64,000 nt of DNA from Mobula hypostoma (Eukaryota), in assembly GCF_963921235.1 (NCBI RefSeq), contig NC_086119.1, positions 22,072,001-22,136,000 on the forward strand, written 5' to 3'. Below the pieces are notes generated by a model. It did no database searches, was not told the DNA's origin, and saw only the letters and a list, made by a program, of their open reading frames with translations. Position 1 is the stretch's first letter. The number at the start of each line of letters is the position of its first letter. Both the position numbers and the translations under genes were made by a program. Positions 12,008-24,931 of this stretch are shown here, piece by piece.

Positions 12008-12423
12008 ACAAGATCACAGGATCACAAGACAAAGGAGCAGAAGTAGGCTATTTGGCCCATTGAGTCTGCTCCGCAGCTCCCCCATGAGCTAAACTATTCA
12101 CCCATCAAGTTCCAATTTCTGGCTTTTTCCCCATATCCCTTGATACCCTGACTAATTAGATACCTGTCAATCTCCTCCTTAAACACCCTCAATGATTGGG
12201 CCTCCACAGCTGTATGTGGCAATGAATTCCACAAATCCACGACCCTCTGGCTAAAAAAATTTCTCCTCATCTCTGTTTTAACCGGGTACCCTCTAATTCT
12301 AAGACTATGGCCTCTTGTCCTGGACTCACCCACCAAGGGAAACAACCTTTCCACATCTACTCTGTCCAACCCTTTCAACATTCGAAACGTTTCTATGAGA
12401 TCCCGTCTCATTCTTCTATGCTC
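12008..12423 (-). mobile_element. CR1 3' end inserted in an LTR-like sequence (~11443-12483)
   Basis: MRRDLIETFRMLKG...[17 protein letters not shown]; flanking aacttc repeat. Confidence 0.75.
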
Positions 12424-13934
12424 AACTTCTTGAAGAATTTTCTGCGTCTCCTTGTCATTTGTGAGAAAAGTGAAAACAAGACATGCCCCAATTCTTCTTG
12501 TTGGTACACCTCAAGGGTTCGGGAGCTTCAATGAGTGACTGCAGTCCGGTTTGTAAATGGTACAGAATGCAGTCATAATGCACTGATAGTGGAGAGAGCG
12601 CATGTTTAATATTGTGGATGGGATGTTCAGGCTTGGTTGACCTTAAATTCTCATGTGTCAATGAAGCTACATTCTTTTAGACAGAGAATATTCCATCATG
12701 TTCCTGACTCGAGTCTTGTGGATAGAGGAATGGTTTTGGTAATAAGTCAGCTGACATGGAATGCCTGACTTCTCATCTATTCTTGAAGCCATGTTTTTAT
12801 GTAATAAGCACACTATAATTGCTTGTCTATGGTGACCATGCCAGGTAAAGGGACTTGACTGAAATAGTAACTGTCCATTTCCCTCTGCAGATTCTACCTG
12901 GCCCCTTGAGTTCCTTCAACAACAAACAAGCTGCTGGAGGATCTTCGTGGGCGGACCAGCATCTGTGCAAGGAGAAGAATTTTCTGTGTTTCCGGTCAAA
13001 AAGCTGCATGCTGTCCCAAATTGTCTGCAGTTCTTTTTCTCCCACACATGCTACTTGACCCACTTAGTTGCCCCAGCAGTCTTTTGGTTGCTTTAGATTT
13101 CAGCATCTGCAGTCCTGTGTGTATCCAAGTTCTTCCAGCAGTTTGTTTGCTGCCCTTGGAAATTCGCAGGTCTAATGACTTATCAGTCCAGACTTAACAG
13201 CTCATTGAAGGCAGAGAGCGCCTAGTTTATTGAAGAATTGCAAGCATTTGCAAATATCCTCATTATTTATCTAATATTGATGAAACCGCTAAGGGTATTT
13301 TGGACCCAAGATACTGCTAGAGGTGTATCAATATTCAAGGCAGCAGGAGAATTAATCTCAACAACTATTTTCCTCTGTATGAGATGTGACTCCAGCCATT
13401 CATTGCTGTTGACAAGTTTTACCAGGTCTCTATACCAGACTCAGCCAAATTCGGCCTTGATGTCAAGGACGGTTATTCTCACCTTTCCTCTTTATTATAT
13501 AACTTTGCCTCAGAGCCATGATGCTTGGAACTGAGGGGTCCTAACAAAAAGCAATTGTATTGATAAGCAGGTGAGTGATAAGTTAGACTATCCAAATTGT
13601 GCTGACCACAGCACCTTCCATTGTTTGGCTGTTACTTCAGAGGCTGGTGTGGCATTAGTTACCCAAATAGATTTTTTGATAGAACACATCTGGACAATTA
13701 GATGGTAGCAGCCTGAACATAAAACACAAATTATGTTTGACTAATTTATGAGGTTCCTCATGATGCTGCAGAGCAGATTGATGAAGAGAAAGCAATGGAC
13801 GATGTCTGTGTGGACTTGAAGCACATATTTTACAATGTAAATGCTGATCAATAAAACTGAGACAAGGAATAGGTAAGAAGTCTGCAGATAAAGGAAACTG
13901 AAAAAAAAACAGAAATGTTAGAGTCATCAGAAAA

Positions 13935-16660
13935 TGTAGAGGAGGCTTCACCCAAAAGCAGAGCCGTGGAGACAATTCAACAATTAATAATAACTTTATT
14001 AATAGACTGCAAAAATAACAAGCAACAAAGGGGCCACAAAATAAGGGAATAGTTTCTAAACTCACAGGCAGCAAAGTAACGAGATGTGGGGGGGGGCGCA
14101 ACTGGTTGGGGTTGACTTGTTCATTGAGTGAGCAAGGACTGTGTTTGAGAGCTGGGTTTAAATAGGCTGCAGGTGATGAGATGGAAATGAGTAGCGGATG
14201 ACTCCTGTTAGCTGAGTGGAGACTGGGAGGTGTCTGCCTGTGCTGATACGGCAGGATCTCCTACGCTGACACCCAATGGCCCAGGATGGTCCAGATGGGT
14301 CTGGTGGAACTTCTTGATGAGTGGTGGATCCAGTATGAAACTGGAAAGCACCCAAGATCTCTCCTCTGGCCGAGCGCTTCCCAGTCAATCAGGTACCTCA
14401 CATCCCATCCATGACAATGTGAATTTATCAACCAGCGAACCATGTATACTGGACCACCTTCCGCCTCTATCCTTAGTTCTGAAAATACTAAGGATGGGTT
14501 TGGTGGTTCATGAACAATGTGCTTGAGGCAGGACATGTGGAAGATAGGTGTTATCCTGTGGGTCAGTAACAGATGGGGATGGTAAGTGACTGGACTGATG
14601 TGATAGGTGATCTTGAAGTGACCAATAAAATGGGTGAGATCTTGTAGAAGTTGGTGTGCACCTTTTCTGGGTCCATGATTACGTCTTGGGTGCAAGTGCA
14701 TAACCCAGAAAGGAATGGGATGTGGAACTGGCACTTCTTTAATGTACTATATTTGGCTTTGGAAGAGATGCCTTCAGTCAAAGGATGTGACAGACATGGT
14801 CTTGGGAGTCCTTGGAGAAGATGAGGATGTCGCCGAGGTAGATGAACATATATCTGTGCAGCATGTCAGAGGATATCATGAATGAAGGCTTGGAAAATGG
14901 CTGGTCTGTTGGAAAGTCCAAAGGCATCACCAGGTATTCGTAATAGCCAGTGAGTGTTATGAATATCGTTTTCCACTCATACCCCTAGTGTATGCAAATC
15001 AGTTCGTACACACTCCATAGGTCCAGTTTGGAGAAGATCTAGGTCCCGAAGAGAGTTCTGAATGTGTTATCCATCAAGGGGAGAGGACAGCAGTTCTTTC
15101 TTTCTTTTTAAATCTTTTTATTGAATAAGTATACAAAAAGGTAAGCCATATAGGCACTAATACACTGTTAGAATATAATAAAATTACAGGAGATATTAAT
15201 ACAAAAAAAAAGATACAAACAATGTAATTTAAACATAACATACTAAGGTAACATAATAGTATACTAATTTTTATATATATATATCAATAGAGAAAAAGAA
15301 AAAAAAAACCCACCGTGCAACTAAACTAAAAGCAAAGCAAAGCAATGGGCTAACTTGGAACCAAGCAGAGTTAAAAAAACTTAAAATCACGTCCTCAATC
15401 CCGACCTCCATTAAAAACAGTAAAAAAAAAACAAGAAGGGTATATAAATATGGAGCAAAAAAAAGAGGAGAAAAAAAATTACATTAAATGAAAATATTGA
15501 ATAAAAGATCTCCAGGTCTGTTCAAATTTAAGTGAGGAATCATAAAGATTGCTTCTAATTTTCTCCAAATTCAAGCATAATATCGTCTGAGAAAACCAAA
15601 AAAAGGTAGTTGGAGCATTAAGCTCTTTCCAATGTTGTAAGATACATCTTTTTGCCATTAAAGTAAGAAATGCAATCATTCTACGGGCTGAAGGAGAAAG
15701 ATTACTGGAAATTTTAGGTAGTCCAAAGATAGCAGTAATAGGGTGAGGAGATATATCTATATTCAATACCTTGGAGATAATATTAAAAATGTCTCTCCAA
15801 AAAGTTTCCAGAGTAGGACAAGACCAAAACATATGAGTTAAAGAGGCTATCTGCCCTGGACATCTATCACAAAAAGGATTAATATGAGAATAAAAGCGAG
15901 CTAATTTATCTTTGGACATATGTGCTCTATGAACAACTTTAAATTGAATTAGGGAATGACAGCAGTTCTTAATAGCAATTTTGTTGAGTCCACAGTAGTC
16001 GATGGAGGGACGGAGACCCCCATCTTTCTTTTTGACAAAGAAGAATCCTCTACTTGCTGGGGACTGGGATGGTCCAATGAAATTGCGATGTAGTCATTCA
16101 GTGATATAGTCATTCATGGTTTGGGTCTCAAGAGGGGAGAGGGAGAACAGATGACTTTGGGGTGGGGTACTGCCCAGGAGGAGGTTGATTGTACAGTTGT
16201 ATGATCTATGAAGTGGCAGGGTCCTGGCCTCCCTCTTACAAAAAGGTGATAGTTCCATCACGGTTTTCCTGTGGGAGCTAAGTTAGGTCAAGGGTTTCCT
16301 CCATCTCCATGAACTTACAGGGTGAGGTCAGCTGAGATTGCATTCAAGTGGTCCTGCAGGTGCGTCCCCAATTCAGCAGTGAACTGGCTGACCAGGTGAA
16401 GTGAGGGTTGTGAGTGGAGAGCCAGCATAACCCAAGATGAGAGATGAGTTGATCAGAAGGAATTGGATGAACTTGTGATGTTCTGCAGTGCTCATGGGCA
16501 CAGGTTGTTTGTGCACACAAGCATCCCAGACCCCAAGCGATGTCCATCAATGGCTGTGATGCAGAAGAGGTGAGAGATCGCTCAGTAGGGAATACAATCT
16601 GCATGCACAGAGTCCAGTCCAGAAAGATGTCTGCTACACCAGAATCTACCAGAGCCTCCT
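13935..16660 (-). mobile_element. Degenerate chromodomain-type Gypsy LTR retrotransposon
   Basis: Frameshifted RT (YLGDILIFS, KCQFH), integrase tail (PIFHMSCLK) and chromodomain (YLIDWE) fragments; LTR-like segment ~13935-14248. Confidence 0.75.
15099..15957 (-). mobile_element. 5'-truncated L1 copy inserted in the Gypsy RT
   Basis: Near-identical to the 3' end of the L1 at 20233-23587; 13-bp TSD gacagcagttctt (15086-15098 and 15958-15970); (AAAG)n tail. Confidence 0.9.
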
Positions 16661-17410
16661 TTGTGTATGTCTGCTTTTCGTGGAACCCAGCTCATGTCAG
16701 GGTGGAAGGAAATGAAGTAGTCAATAGGTTGGCTAAACAATCTCTGAAAGTCAGTGCTTTTGATATTCCACTAAGTAAGGGGAAGGCAAAGGTTTTAATT
16801 CAGGACCATGTTCTCTCAATCTGGCAGGGACTGTGGGACATGCAACTAAGAGAAGCTACTTAGATGGAATTCAGAAAAAGGTTACTTCACTTTGGAGGCG
16901 AGGAGGGCGCCGGTGGGGGGTGGGGGGGAGAGTTATAATTACTCAGCTTAGACTCGGCCATCCTGGTTTAAATGGCACACTGTTTAGACTTGGTAAATGT
17001 ACTTCAGGTGAGCATAGACAGTCTCACCTGTGTTATTGGAATGTAGGGCACATGAGTAGGGAAGAAAGTGGATTCTACAAAAAAATATTGTTACTTTGGA
17101 TAGTTTGGTGGGAGTATGGGCAAGAAGCACAGGAGAAGCATAAGGAAGTATTTAAATTCTTGAAACTTGTTCGATTGTTTAGCGCAATTTAAGTCAATAG
17201 CATTGAGTGTTTTTCTATTTATTTAGTTATTTTATTATTATTATTATTATCATCATCCTTATTGTTAGTGTTATTTCTTCTCAGGACGGTAGTGGAAGGT
17301 GTGATGATCACTCTCCTGAATCCTCTTCACACTCCAGTACAGTAGGTGGCGGTAATGCACCCTTTTATTTGGACTACCAACCTCCAGTAAGAAGCAACAG
17401 AAGAAGAAAG
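16660..17410 (+). mobile_element. RNase H-bearing LINE (I/Nimb clade) 3' fragment
   Basis: FSWNPAHVRVEGNEVVNRLAK (RNase H), TQLRLGHPGLN; 3' end CAGTAGGTGGCGGTAATGCACC...(AAG)n. Confidence 0.7.
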
Positions 17411-20232
17411 AGAGAAAGCTGATTAGTTTTAAGTAACAGAGAAGGTGTAGGGGGCAGTGGGTAGAACAAGGGGAATGTCTGCAAGAGGGTGAAATGATGG
17501 ACAGTCACTGAATGGACAGTTCGATTCCTTTGCCTGTATAATGTGCTGCTAATATTAAATCTGAGTAATATTGTACAATCCAGACTAATGTGACGTTCTC
17601 AGCAGAAAGGTTTGTGCAGATGAGAAACAAAAGCTAGGAGAAGAATGGCCAGTCCCGATACAAACAGAAAGAAAGAGCAAGTTAGCTGAAGTTGGAGAAT
17701 TCACTATTGAGTCCTGCTGGCTGCAATATAGTTAGAAAAAAATGAGGCATTGTTCCTTGATCTTACATTGGACCTCATTGTAACAATGCAGGAGAACACA
17801 GACAGAAGGGTCAGAGTGAGATGGGGAGTAAAATGATGGGCTCCCCAGACACTCAGAGTCACTATAACAAAGGATTCTTTAATAGTTGATTAAGCTGAAG
17901 TTTGTCACTTTCATGGCAGATGGGGTAAATTGTACAGCTCAAACTAAAGGTAAGAAAGAAAAAAATAAAATGATATTAAAAGCTGCAGAAAAACATCTAG
18001 TAATAAAGAACTCGGCTATAGAAGTTATTAACAATGACTATTAAGGAGAAATAAATAATGTTCAGACCTCAAAAGGGGGTTGTTAATTGTTTTTTCCAAT
18101 CTTACAATGGAATGTTAGAAGCCTGTTGCTTATAGTCAAGAGTTTAAGAAATTTATTGAAAATTCCACATGTCTGCACGAAATGTTGTCACAGGAAAGCA
18201 GCATCAATAGTCAGGGCTCCACACCACAAAGAACATGCTCTTGTTCACTACTGCCATCAGGAAGAAGGTACAGGAGCCTCAGGACTCACACCACTAAGTT
18301 CAGGAACAGTTATTACTCCCAAACCATCAGGCTCTTGAATCAGAGGGGATAACCTCACTCAAGTTCACTTGCCCCATAACTGAACTGTTTCCACAACAGT
18401 TTACTATAACTGTTGCGGAGGGTTTAAACTACTTTGGCAAAGTGATAGATAGGGTTGAGGATGAGGCAATTGGTATACAAGCAGATAGCAGAGACTGGTT
18501 CAGGCTCTTGAACCAGTGGGGATAACTTCACTCAAATTCACTTGCTCATCATTGAAATGTTCCCAGAACCTATGGACTCACTTTCAAGGACTCTTCATCT
18601 CATGTTCTGAATATTTATTGCTTATTTATTATTATTATCATTTCTGTCTGGCAGTATCTGAGGATATAGCAAGTGTGTGTAACTAGGAAGTGTGTCATGA
18701 TACAACAGTGGGGAGTGACCATTTTACTACAATCTGTCAAATGGGAATAGATGTGTATCAGTGGATAAGTTCTCATATCCCCAGGTGGAAATTTAAAAAG
18801 GCTAATTGGAACGTACTTGATGGTTTATGTGAAAGTAGATTGCCTCATCATTTGGTTTTGGAGGATATTGACTGGAGTAATAATACCTTGTGTTTTGTAC
18901 TCAACTCAATAGCTAAGGAATCAATTCCTAGACGGTTGGGAGAAAATAAAAGGAGAGCTGTTCCCTGGTGGATGGATGAATGCAAAAGAGCTGTGGAGGA
19001 GCAGAATATAGCTGTTGGGAAAGTTAGGCAGCGTTACTCTTATTCTTCTTTCATACAATATCAATGAACTCAAGCTATAGTTAGAAAAGTAGTGTGAAGT
19101 GCAAAGAAAATGTCTTGGATACTGTGATGGATTTGGAAGCGAAAGGTAGGGGAAGTTTAGGTATGACAAGGAAAATGGGAGTTAGAAAACTTAATGCATT
19201 GTCGGTTTTGTATGGTAGGGAAAAGGCTGCAGTTACTGACCCCAAAAAAGCTGAATTATGAGCAAAAACATATGATAGTGTACATCGTTCAGCCAATTTA
19301 AGAAGAGTGATCTTGTAGAGAAACAGTTTTGGCAAGCAATTCTCAGACTGCTGAGATAAAAGAATATTACAGTTCCTGCTTGGATGTCAAATTTACATTG
19401 TCTGAATTTAAAAGGACTATTAATGGTGCTGGTCAGATATTACCTGGGTATGAAGGTATTTGATATCATACATTTACATGGTAATCAGATCTGAAACTTG
19501 TGTTGGTTTTGAAATTCTTTGATACAATATGTGTTGAAGGGTGAATTCCTGATTACTGGAAATTGGGGTTTGTTATCCCTCGGTAATTTCTAAGGTAAGG
19601 ACACGTTCAGCACAGCTTTGTGGGCCGAAGAGCCTGTATTGTGCTGTAGGTTTTCTATGTTTCTATGAACAATATGTGTCATCTGACACCCATTACATTA
19701 CCCTACAACAGATAATTGATCTGGAGGTGTATGATAGTACAAGAAAATGGCATTGTTGATCATCAGCGAAGTGGATATGTTATCATCAATCCGCATAGAC
19801 TGTGGTCTTCCGGTTAGGAATTCGAGGATCCAATTACAGAGGCCCAGGTTCTGCAAATTCTCAATCAGGATTGTGGGAATGATGGTATTAAATGCTGAGC
19901 TACAGTCGATGAACAGCATCCTGATGTAGGTGTTTGCGTTGTCTAGGTGGTCTAAAGCAGTGTGGAGAGCCATGGAGATTGCGTCTGCTGTGACGAATAG
20001 GCAAATTACAATGGATCCAGGTCCCTGCTGAGGCAGGAGTTCAGTCTAGTCATAACCAACCTCTCAAAGCATTTCATCACTGTCTATGTGAGTGCTACCA
20101 GGCGATAGTCATTAGGGCAACCTACATTATTCATCTCTGGCACTGGTATAATTGTTGTCTTTTTGAATCAAGCAGGAACTTCTGCCCGTAGGAGTGAGAG
20201 GTTGAAGATGTCCTTGAATACTCCCGCTAGTT

Positions 20233-23200
20233 TCGGTTAACACTCTTTGGGACACTTTTAAAGCCTATATTCGGGGTCAGATTATTTCGTATTCCGTTGC
20301 TTTGAGGAAGAAACAGAAGCAGGAGGAGATGGCAATTGTGGACAAGATTAAAGAAATTGATAAGAAATATGTTATGGCTCCTTCTGAGGAGCTATACAAA
20401 CAAAGAACTGAACTTCAAATGGAACACAGTTTACTACTCTCGTCCTCGATTGTAAACCAATTAAAGAAAACAAGAAGTGATTTTTATGTTCACAGTGATA
20501 AAATTGGCAAGCTGCTGGCTAATCAATTGAAATCTAATTATGTTAAATCTCAAATCAATCAGATTTATAACCAAAATGATCGATTGATATTGGATCATGT
20601 GGGGATTAATCAAACCTTTTGTGATTTTTATTCTTCTTTATATCAATCAGAGTCTCCTCGAGATTCTAAATATATGAATGATTTTTTAGATAAGTTAGAC
20701 TTCCCTCAGATTTCACAGGATATGTCTTCTTTATTAGATACTTCCATTACAATGGATGAGATTAAGAATGTTATTTTTTCTATGAATCTGGGGAAAGCTC
20801 CTGGCCCTGATGGGTTTACCGTTGAATTTTATAAATGTTTTGCTTCTTTATTGATTCCTTGGCTCTATAAGGTTTTTGAGGCTTCTTTGAAACTTGGTAA
20901 ACTTCCGGAATCTTTTAATAGAGCATCAATTTCTTTAATACTAAAGAAGGATAAAGACCCTGCTCAATGTGCATCTTATAGACCAATATCTTTATTAAAT
21001 GTTGATTCTAAAGTTTTTTCTAAGTTATTAGCAAATAGACTAGAAAAAGTACTTCCTTCTATTATTTCGGAAGACCAAACGGGTTTTATTAAAGGTCGTT
21101 ACTCTTTTTATAATATTCGTACATTGTTAAATATCGTTTATACTCCCTCACAAAATGTTCCTGAGTGTGTTATTTCTTTAGATGCCGAGAAAGCTTTTGA
21201 TAGAGTAGAATGGCCTTATTTATTTAAGGTGCTTGAAATGTTTAATTTTAGCTTGAAATTTATATCCTGGATTAAACTGTTATATCACTCCCCTGTAGCC
21301 TCGGTTCGTACTAACTCCTTAAACTCACCTTTTTTTCCTCTCTTTCGTGGTACTCGACAAGGCTGTCCTCTTAGTCCCCTATTATTTGATATTGCATTAG
21401 AACCTCTTGCAATTGCTATTCGAGAATCTTCAAATATTACTGGGATAACTCGGGGATTAAAGTCCCATAAATTATCACTCTATGCTGATGATTTACTTTT
21501 ATATATTTCTAATCCTGAGAGATCCATTCCTGCTGTTTTAGAGTTATTAGCACAATTTGGTCTTTTCTCAGGTTATAAATTAAATCTTAGTAAGAGTGAA
21601 CTTTTTCCGATTAATAAACATCTTCCCTTATATTATAAATTTCCATTTAAATTGATTAATAATTACTTTTCATATCTTGGGATTAAAATTACTTGTAAAC
21701 ATAAAGATTTATTTAAGACTAACTTTTTACCATTAATAGACCATATTACTCAACTTTCATCTAAATGGTTTCCCTTATATTTAACTTTGATTGGTCGTAT
21801 TAATGCAGTTAAGATGTTTTTTTTGCCAAAATTTTTATATGTGTTTCAGGCATTACCAATTTTCGTTCCTAAATCTTTTTTTGATAAAGTTGACTCTAAA
21901 ATTTCTTCATTTATTTGGCAGAATAAGAATCCGAGACTGGGTAAAATACATTTACAGAAAGCTAAGAGAGATGGAGGTTTAGCATTACCTAACTTTAGAT
22001 TTTATTATTGGGCTATTAATATTCGACATATGAAATTTTGGTTACTTGACCGGGACATACTATCTATTCCTAAATGGGTAGCATTGGAATTACAATCTGT
22101 TCAGGGTTATACACTTGGTTCTATTTTAGGTTCCTCTCTTCCTTTTGATTCGAAACGCCTTAAGCAGGTCTCTAACCCGATAGTTAAATATGCTTTGCGC
22201 ATTTGGTTTCAATTCAGAAAATTTTTTGATCTTAATCAATTCGGGTTAGCGATTCCTATTTTAGGTAACATATTTTTTCCTCCCTCTTTTACGGATCGCG
22301 CTTTTCAAACTTGGAAGACTAAGGGTATTTTACGGTTTTTGGATTTATTTTTAGATGGTTCCCTTATGTCTTTTGAACAATTATCTAATAAATATAACTT
22401 ATCAAGAATACATTTTTTTAGATATTTACAAGTTAGAAATTTCCTAAGTACTATACTTTCTTCCTTTCCAATGCTTCCTCCTATATATATTTTAGATTCG
22501 ATAATTAACCTTAATCCATGTCAGAAAGGTGCATCGGCTATGATTTATAATATTATTATGAAACTTAGGAAAGCTCCATTTGATAAGATTAGGGTAGATT
22601 GGGAACAGGAATTGGGGCTTACCATTTCTGTGGATGATTGGGGGCAGATTTTACAATTAGTTAATACTTCCTCTATTTGTGCTAAACATTCCCTAATTCA
22701 ATTTAAAGTGGTTCATAGAGCACATATGTCCAAAGATAAGTTAGCGCGTTTTTACTCGCATATTAATCCTTTCTGTGATAGATGTTCGGGGCAGATAGCC
22801 TCTTTAACTCATATGTTTTGGTCTTGCCCTACTTTGGAAACTTTTTGGAGAGATATTTTCAATATTATTTCTAAGGTATTAAATATAGATATCTCTCCTC
22901 ACCCTATTACTGCTATCTTTGGACTACCTAAAATTTCTAGTAATCTTTCCCCTTCAGCCCGTAGAATGATTGCATTTCTTACTTTAATGGCGAAAAGATG
23001 TATTTTACAACATTGGAAAGAGCTTAATGCTCCAACTACCTTTTTTTGGTTTTCTCAGACGATTTTATGTTTGAATCTGGAGAAAATTAGAAGTAATCTT
23101 TATGATTCTTCATTTAAATTTGAACAGATTTGGGGACCTTTTATTCGATATTTTCATTTAATGTAATATTTACCCTTCTTGTTTTTTTTTTCACTGTTTT

Positions 23201-23587
23201 AATGGAGGTCGGGATTGAGGACGTGATTTTAAGTTTAACTCTGTTTGGTTTCAAGTTAGCCCATTGCTTTGCTTTGCTTTTAGTTAGTTGCACGGTGGGT
23301 TTTTTTTTTGGGGTTTTTTTTTCTTTTTTTTTCCATTGATATATATAAAATCTAGTATACTATTATGTTATCTTGCTTTCTTATGCTTAAATTACATTGT
23401 TTGTAGTATTTTCTTTTTGGTATTGTTATCTTTTGGAATTTTATTATACTTTAACATTGTATTAATGTTTATATGGCTTACCTTTTTTGTATACTTACTC
23501 AATAAAAAGATTTAAAAAGAAAGAATAAATCCAAGATGCTCTTAGCATGAGAAAATCTGAAAAAAAAAAAAAAAAAAAAAAAAAAAA
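20233..23587 (+). mobile_element. Young 5'-truncated L1-clade LINE
   Basis: 17-bp TSD gaatactcccgctagtt (20216-20232 and 23588-23604); A28 tail; uninterrupted ORF2 remainder. Confidence 0.95.
20302..23166 (+). CDS. L1 ORF2 remainder (reverse transcriptase and C-terminal Cys-rich region; endonuclease lost)
   Basis: KAPGPDGF, YRPISLLN, LDAEKAFDRVEW, GTRQGCPLSP, YADD, YLGI, CDRC...HMFWSC; the frame is also open back to the 5' truncation at ~20233. Confidence 0.9.
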   Translation: MRKKQKQEEMAIVDKIKEIDKKYVMAPSEELYKQRTELQMEHSLLLSSSIVNQLKKTRSDFYVHSDKIGKLLANQLKSNYVKSQINQIYNQNDRLILDHVGINQTFCDFYSSLYQSESPRDSKYMNDFLDKLDFPQISQDMSSLLDTSITMDEIKNVIFSMNLGKAPGPDGFTVEFYKCFASLLIPWLYKVFEASLKLGKLPESFNRASISLILKKDKDPAQCASYRPISLLNVDSKVFSKLLANRLEKVLPSIISEDQTGFIKGRYSFYNIRTLLNIVYTPSQNVPECVISLDAEKAFDRVEWPYLFKVLEMFNFSLKFISWIKLLYHSPVASVRTNSLNSPFFPLFRGTRQGCPLSPLLFDIALEPLAIAIRESSNITGITRGLKSHKLSLYADDLLLYISNPERSIPAVLELLAQFGLFSGYKLNLSKSELFPINKHLPLYYKFPFKLINNYFSYLGIKITCKHKDLFKTNFLPLIDHITQLSSKWFPLYLTLIGRINAVKMFFLPKFLYVFQALPIFVPKSFFDKVDSKISSFIWQNKNPRLGKIHLQKAKRDGGLALPNFRFYYWAINIRHMKFWLLDRDILSIPKWVALELQSVQGYTLGSILGSSLPFDSKRLKQVSNPIVKYALRIWFQFRKFFDLNQFGLAIPILGNIFFPPSFTDRAFQTWKTKGILRFLDLFLDGSLMSFEQLSNKYNLSRIHFFRYLQVRNFLSTILSSFPMLPPIYILDSIINLNPCQKGASAMIYNIIMKLRKAPFDKIRVDWEQELGLTISVDDWGQILQLVNTSSICAKHSLIQFKVVHRAHMSKDKLARFYSHINPFCDRCSGQIASLTHMFWSCPTLETFWRDIFNIISKVLNIDISPHPITAIFGLPKISSNLSPSARRMIAFLTLMAKRCILQHWKELNAPTTFFWFSQTILCLNLEKIRSNLYDSSFKFEQIWGPFIRYFHLM

Positions 23588-24878
23588 GAATACTCCCGCT
23601 AGTTGGCTGGCACAGGTTTACAGAGCCTTACCAAGTACTCCATTGGGACCTTCTGCCTTGCGAGGGTTCACTCTCTTTAAAGACAGTCTAACATCGGCCT
23701 CTGAGACAGAGATCACAGGGTCATCAGGTGCAGCAGGGATCTTCACAGCTGTAGTTGTGTTCTCCCTTTCAAAGCGTGCATAGAAGGTGCAGTGTGGAAG
23801 AGAAGTAGGAATATAAATTATTTAGCTCGAAAAATGCAGGCAGCTATTAATGAAGTAGATGAATGGGGTTGTCAATGGGGGTTTAAATTTTCTGTTGCAA
23901 AGACTCAAGTTATTTTGTTTTTCTAAAAGGAACATTACACCCACAGTTTCTCTCAAGTTATGTGGTAAATCTCTTAAACAGGAGTCAGCAGTAAAGTTTC
24001 TAGGTATGTGGATGGACACAAGGCTGATGTGAAAGGTACATGTGAATAAAATCCCAGAGAAGTGTAAAAACAGTAAATGATATAAATGAAGTGATACCTT
24101 TGCATAAAGGGGAGATTAAAGCCATAATTAAGAAGTCTTTTCAATGATTGTGGCAACAAAAATGAGATAAGGGAAAGAAAGGGCTGCATTTGTATAAAAT
24201 TCAGAGGATGGTGGGAACTCAACTGGGAGAGGGTATAAAAGGAGAGAAGTTATCCTTCCACACTTACATATTGGACATACTAGGTTGAATAATACCCTCT
24301 TCAGAATTTAATATATGGACATCTGTAAGAGTGCACTTGTCAAGAAATGGTGCAGCATATGTTATTTGAATGCAGTTCCTATGAGGTGCAAAGGAAATTG
24401 TCAATGTAGTGAAGAAAGAATTGGGAAAGAGGGTCCAAATAGCCTGGAGCAAGGACAGTTCCTGTTATTCAACAAAAAGATGTGTATCTAAGGCCAACGC
24501 AAGTACCCATGGCTTCACATTTAGTCTGGAGAAAGTCAATGGAATGGAGGGAGACTGGAGAATGTGACTTGGATCAAAGGATTCTGGGAAAGTGGAATGG
24601 GAAAGTCAGCTTTAATTTTAAAAAAGTAATTATTTAAATAACACAAAACGGCAAGTCATGATTAATAGTTGTTTGTCAGCCAAGAGGATGATCGAAAGTG
24701 TCAAGTCCTCAGGATCCTTGCCAGTGCCATTTCTGAACTAAATATATACTGTATATCTTGGATATTGGAACCTAAGGTATGATTACAAAGTTTACCAATG
24801 AGACAAAAAATATAAACTTACTGTTGCTAGCCTTCCAGTGGTTATGCCAAATTGGTGATGATTTTGTGAGGACAATGA

Positions 24879-24898
24879 GTGTGTGTGTGTGTGTGTGT

Positions 24899-24931
<33 letters not shown>
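24879..24931. repeat. (GT)n microsatellite
   Basis: Direct observation. Confidence 0.95.

Larger units (their letters stand above)
19750..23790 (-). mobile_element. Rex1/Babar LINE RT fragment, split by the L1
   Basis: ALHTALDHLD...RMLFIDCSSAFNTIIP...LCNWILEFLTGRPQ; continues after 23604. Confidence 0.75.
18087..24420 (+). mobile_element. Decayed I/Nimb-clade LINE hosting nested Rex1-type and L1 insertions
   Basis: Endonuclease motifs ILQWNVRSL, GSDHF, RWKFKKANW, VPWW; resumes at ~23790 with WKRSRN...WGFKFSVAKTQ. Confidence 0.6.

Noticed and set aside
20302-23166. 954-aa ORF as a host gene or domesticated reverse transcriptase
   Set aside because: It is a 5'-truncated L1 ORF2 with TSD, poly(A), no true start codon and a near-identical sister copy.
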